DNA from: Paraspadella gotoi
Lineage: Eukaryota > Animalia > Chaetognatha
Reading direction: 5' to 3'
Length of the DNA: 11,469 nucleotides
Assembly: GCA_051294375.1 (NCBI GenBank)
Contig: JBJCIZ010000685.1
Coordinates: 1 to 11,469, forward strand
Under the pieces are notes generated by a model. The model was not told the origin of the DNA. It ran no database searches and saw only the letters and a program-made list of their open reading frames with translations. Below, piece after piece: positions 10,392 through 11,469 of this stretch. The position numbers and the translations under genes were made by a program. Positions within the stretch are counted from its first letter, which is position 1. Each line of letters begins with the position of its first letter.

Positions 10392-10447
<56 letters not shown>

Positions 10448-10983
10448 TCCTCTCTCTTCTCTACTCTCTCTCTCTCTCTCGCCTCTCTCTTTCTCTCTCT
10501 CCTCTCTCTCTCTCTCTCTCTTTCTCCGTGTTTGAAAATCAATGATCTCTATCAAAACCTATATAAGAAATGTACAAACTTTTAAAAAAAATGGTCAGTA
10601 CGGGGTCATAAGACAGACAATGTTTTTCTATTTTTTTCCACACACTCGGCCGCACGCAGCGACGAGCAGACCGAGCGACTTCTCTCCAGTTCTCCAAGTC
10701 TTTCGGTTCGAGGATGCGCAGGCGGCGACGGGCCGCTCGAGGTCCTCCAAGAGGGAAGGAGGGAGAAAGAAAGAGGCAAGAAGAGGAAGAAAAGAAGAGA
10801 GGATCAGTCGTCTCGATGGAAGAGACGGAGGGAAGAAGGGAGGCGAGGGTGAAGGAAGAAGAAAGGGAGGAGGAGGAAGAGGGGAGGAGGAGAAGAGGGA
10901 GCGAAACGCACTTGGGTAGAGGAGTGTTTGATCTCCACGGATTCGGTTGACGCGGGAAAGTAGTAAGCCGACCGAGGATCGGT
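5885..10983 (-). CDS. Spliced LicD/fukutin/FKRP-family phosphotransferase gene (nucleotidyltransferase fold), 5' partial, frameshifted (assembly errors or pseudogene)
   Basis: Five GC-rich exons with GT-AG borders and mostly compatible phases: 10983-10646, 10207-9922, 9622-9403, 8764-8474, 6059-~5885. The stitched translation contains the LicD signature WLNDG-x-LLGWFRH-x-SLIPGDGDVDL (family pattern WLxxGTLLGAxRHxxxIPWDxDxD), a downstream VDV-x-F, and a C-terminal PLR..HGFLVHVP...ILRMEY(G)..YM segment. Confidence 0.8.
6062..6636. repeat. Long polypurine (GA-rich) tract
   Basis: About 575 bp almost entirely G/A on the + strand. Confidence 0.9.
7318..7361. repeat. Near-perfect inverted repeat (20-bp stem, 3-nt loop, one bulge)
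   Basis: aatcgacagattttgcggaaa-tat-tttccgcaaatctgtcgatt. Confidence 0.85.
7460..7832. repeat. Purine-rich low-complexity tract
   Basis: G/A-rich, with ggaaaa/gagggg variants. Confidence 0.7.
8474..8764 (-). CDS. Catalytic exon of the LicD-family gene (DxD motif)
   Basis: Acceptor ccccctccag|CGC and donor aag|gtttat. Reads LARRGVRSWLNDG / LLGWFRH / SLIPGDGDVDLS / VNSFDLYPLVLADLKKQKSIVVHSQ / PEFHPVKGHRSR*DQDGFYIRVGVPGMGVDV*FNYK. Confidence 0.85.
8920..9162 (+). repeat. Degenerate CCCTAA (telomere-like) repeat tract, intronic
   Basis: taaaccctaacc...cttaaccctaaaccc...ccctaacctaatccctaaccctaac. Confidence 0.75.
9403..9622 (-). CDS. Exon of the LicD-family gene
   Basis: Acceptor acttgcag|CCC and strong donor aag|gtgaga. 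Reads PTSGAQRENADSPTVPERTFVFSSRPKDAAEFVECNA / HVRKVTWRPGAIPKGADLENEKEIRRL / NMDAVTLL with two frameshifts. GC-rich with C/G third-position bias. Confidence 0.75.
9650..9912. repeat. Degenerate (AATC)n repeat filling an intron
   Basis: aatcaatcaa recurs across the whole intron 9623-9921. Confidence 0.75.
9922..10207 (-). CDS. Exon of the LicD-family gene (stem region)
   Basis: Acceptor actttag|ATC and donor gg|gtattt. Reads ISRSLVLYQPGFERNATPYLRLLLPFASMPPPPPPLPSAAIRRRPLVFLGNARDAAVSIEEARL, then after one frameshift VVGREVDDEGNFKMAAEAYEISDCGRFEKVG. Ends in phase 2, matching the next exon. Confidence 0.7.
10394..10526. repeat. (CT)n microsatellite, intronic
   Basis: Near-pure CT run. Confidence 0.9.
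10646..10983 (-). CDS. Probable upstream exon of the LicD-family gene (may be two exons split by a pyrimidine-rich intron)
   Basis: Acceptor tttttcttccccag|ACC at 10984. Reads TDPRSAYYFPASTESVEIKHSSTQ... and ends KSLGLLVAACGR at a weak donor a|gtgtgt, phase 0, matching the next exon. The middle is low-complexity and contains a possible donor caa|gtgcgt. Confidence 0.45.
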
Positions 10984-11001
10984 CTGGGGAAGAAAAAGTA
11001 A

Positions 11002-11406
11002 GGAGAGGGAGGGGGGGGGAGGAGGTGGGGGGGTGGGGAGTAGGGGTGGGGGAGTGGGGAAGGGGGCGGTGGTGGGGAGGAACTGGGAGAGGGAGGGGGT
11101 GGGGGTGAGGATGGGGAGAAAGAGGGGGTGGGGGGAAATAGGCGGGCTGGGGCGTGGGGGGGGGGATGGGGGGGCGTGGGGGGGAGGGGGGAGGAGAGGA
11201 GGGGATGGAAGAGAGGGGAGTGGAGGAGGAGACGAGGGAAAAGGGGGAGCAGAGAGAAAGGCGGTGAGGCGGGGGGGGAGAGGGGTGGGGATGGGAGAGA
11301 TAGCGAGGTGGAGAGAGAGAGGAGAGAGGAGACGAGAGAGAGAGAGAGAGAGAGAGAGGATGATAGAAAGGAGATGGGAGAGAGAGAGAGAGAAAGAGAG
11401 AAAGAG
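11002..11406 (+). repeat. G-run-rich tract grading into (GA)n
   Basis: Dense GGG+ runs at 11007-11295, then GA repeats. Confidence 0.85.
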
Positions 11407-11469
11407 ATTTGATCTCTCTCTCTTCTCGCCTCTATCTTGCTGTTCCCTTCGATAATTTATCATTTGGTT

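Overview
This is eukaryotic, probably invertebrate animal, genomic DNA. It has AT-rich introns full of (GA/CT)n, (AAT)n, (CAA)n, (AATC)n and degenerate CCCTAA repeats, punctuated by GC-rich exons. The main feature is a multi-exon minus-strand gene with at least 5 exons (~10983 to ~5885; 5' end probably outside the window). It encodes a LicD/fukutin/FKRP-family nucleotidyltransferase-fold phosphotransferase, with motifs GVRSWLNDG-x-LLGWFRH-x-SLIPGDGDVDL, GVDV-x-FNY and LHGFLVHVP...ILRMEY. The reading frame is broken by many 1-2 nt indels and two in-frame stops, so it is either an error-rich assembly or a recent pseudogene; the ORF track misses it. The left half holds a degraded Mutator/MULE transposase fragment, a possible LINE 3' remnant and several unassigned exon-like islands. 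Most ORF-track entries are microsatellite artefacts. I found no convincing novel system, only several structural oddities.
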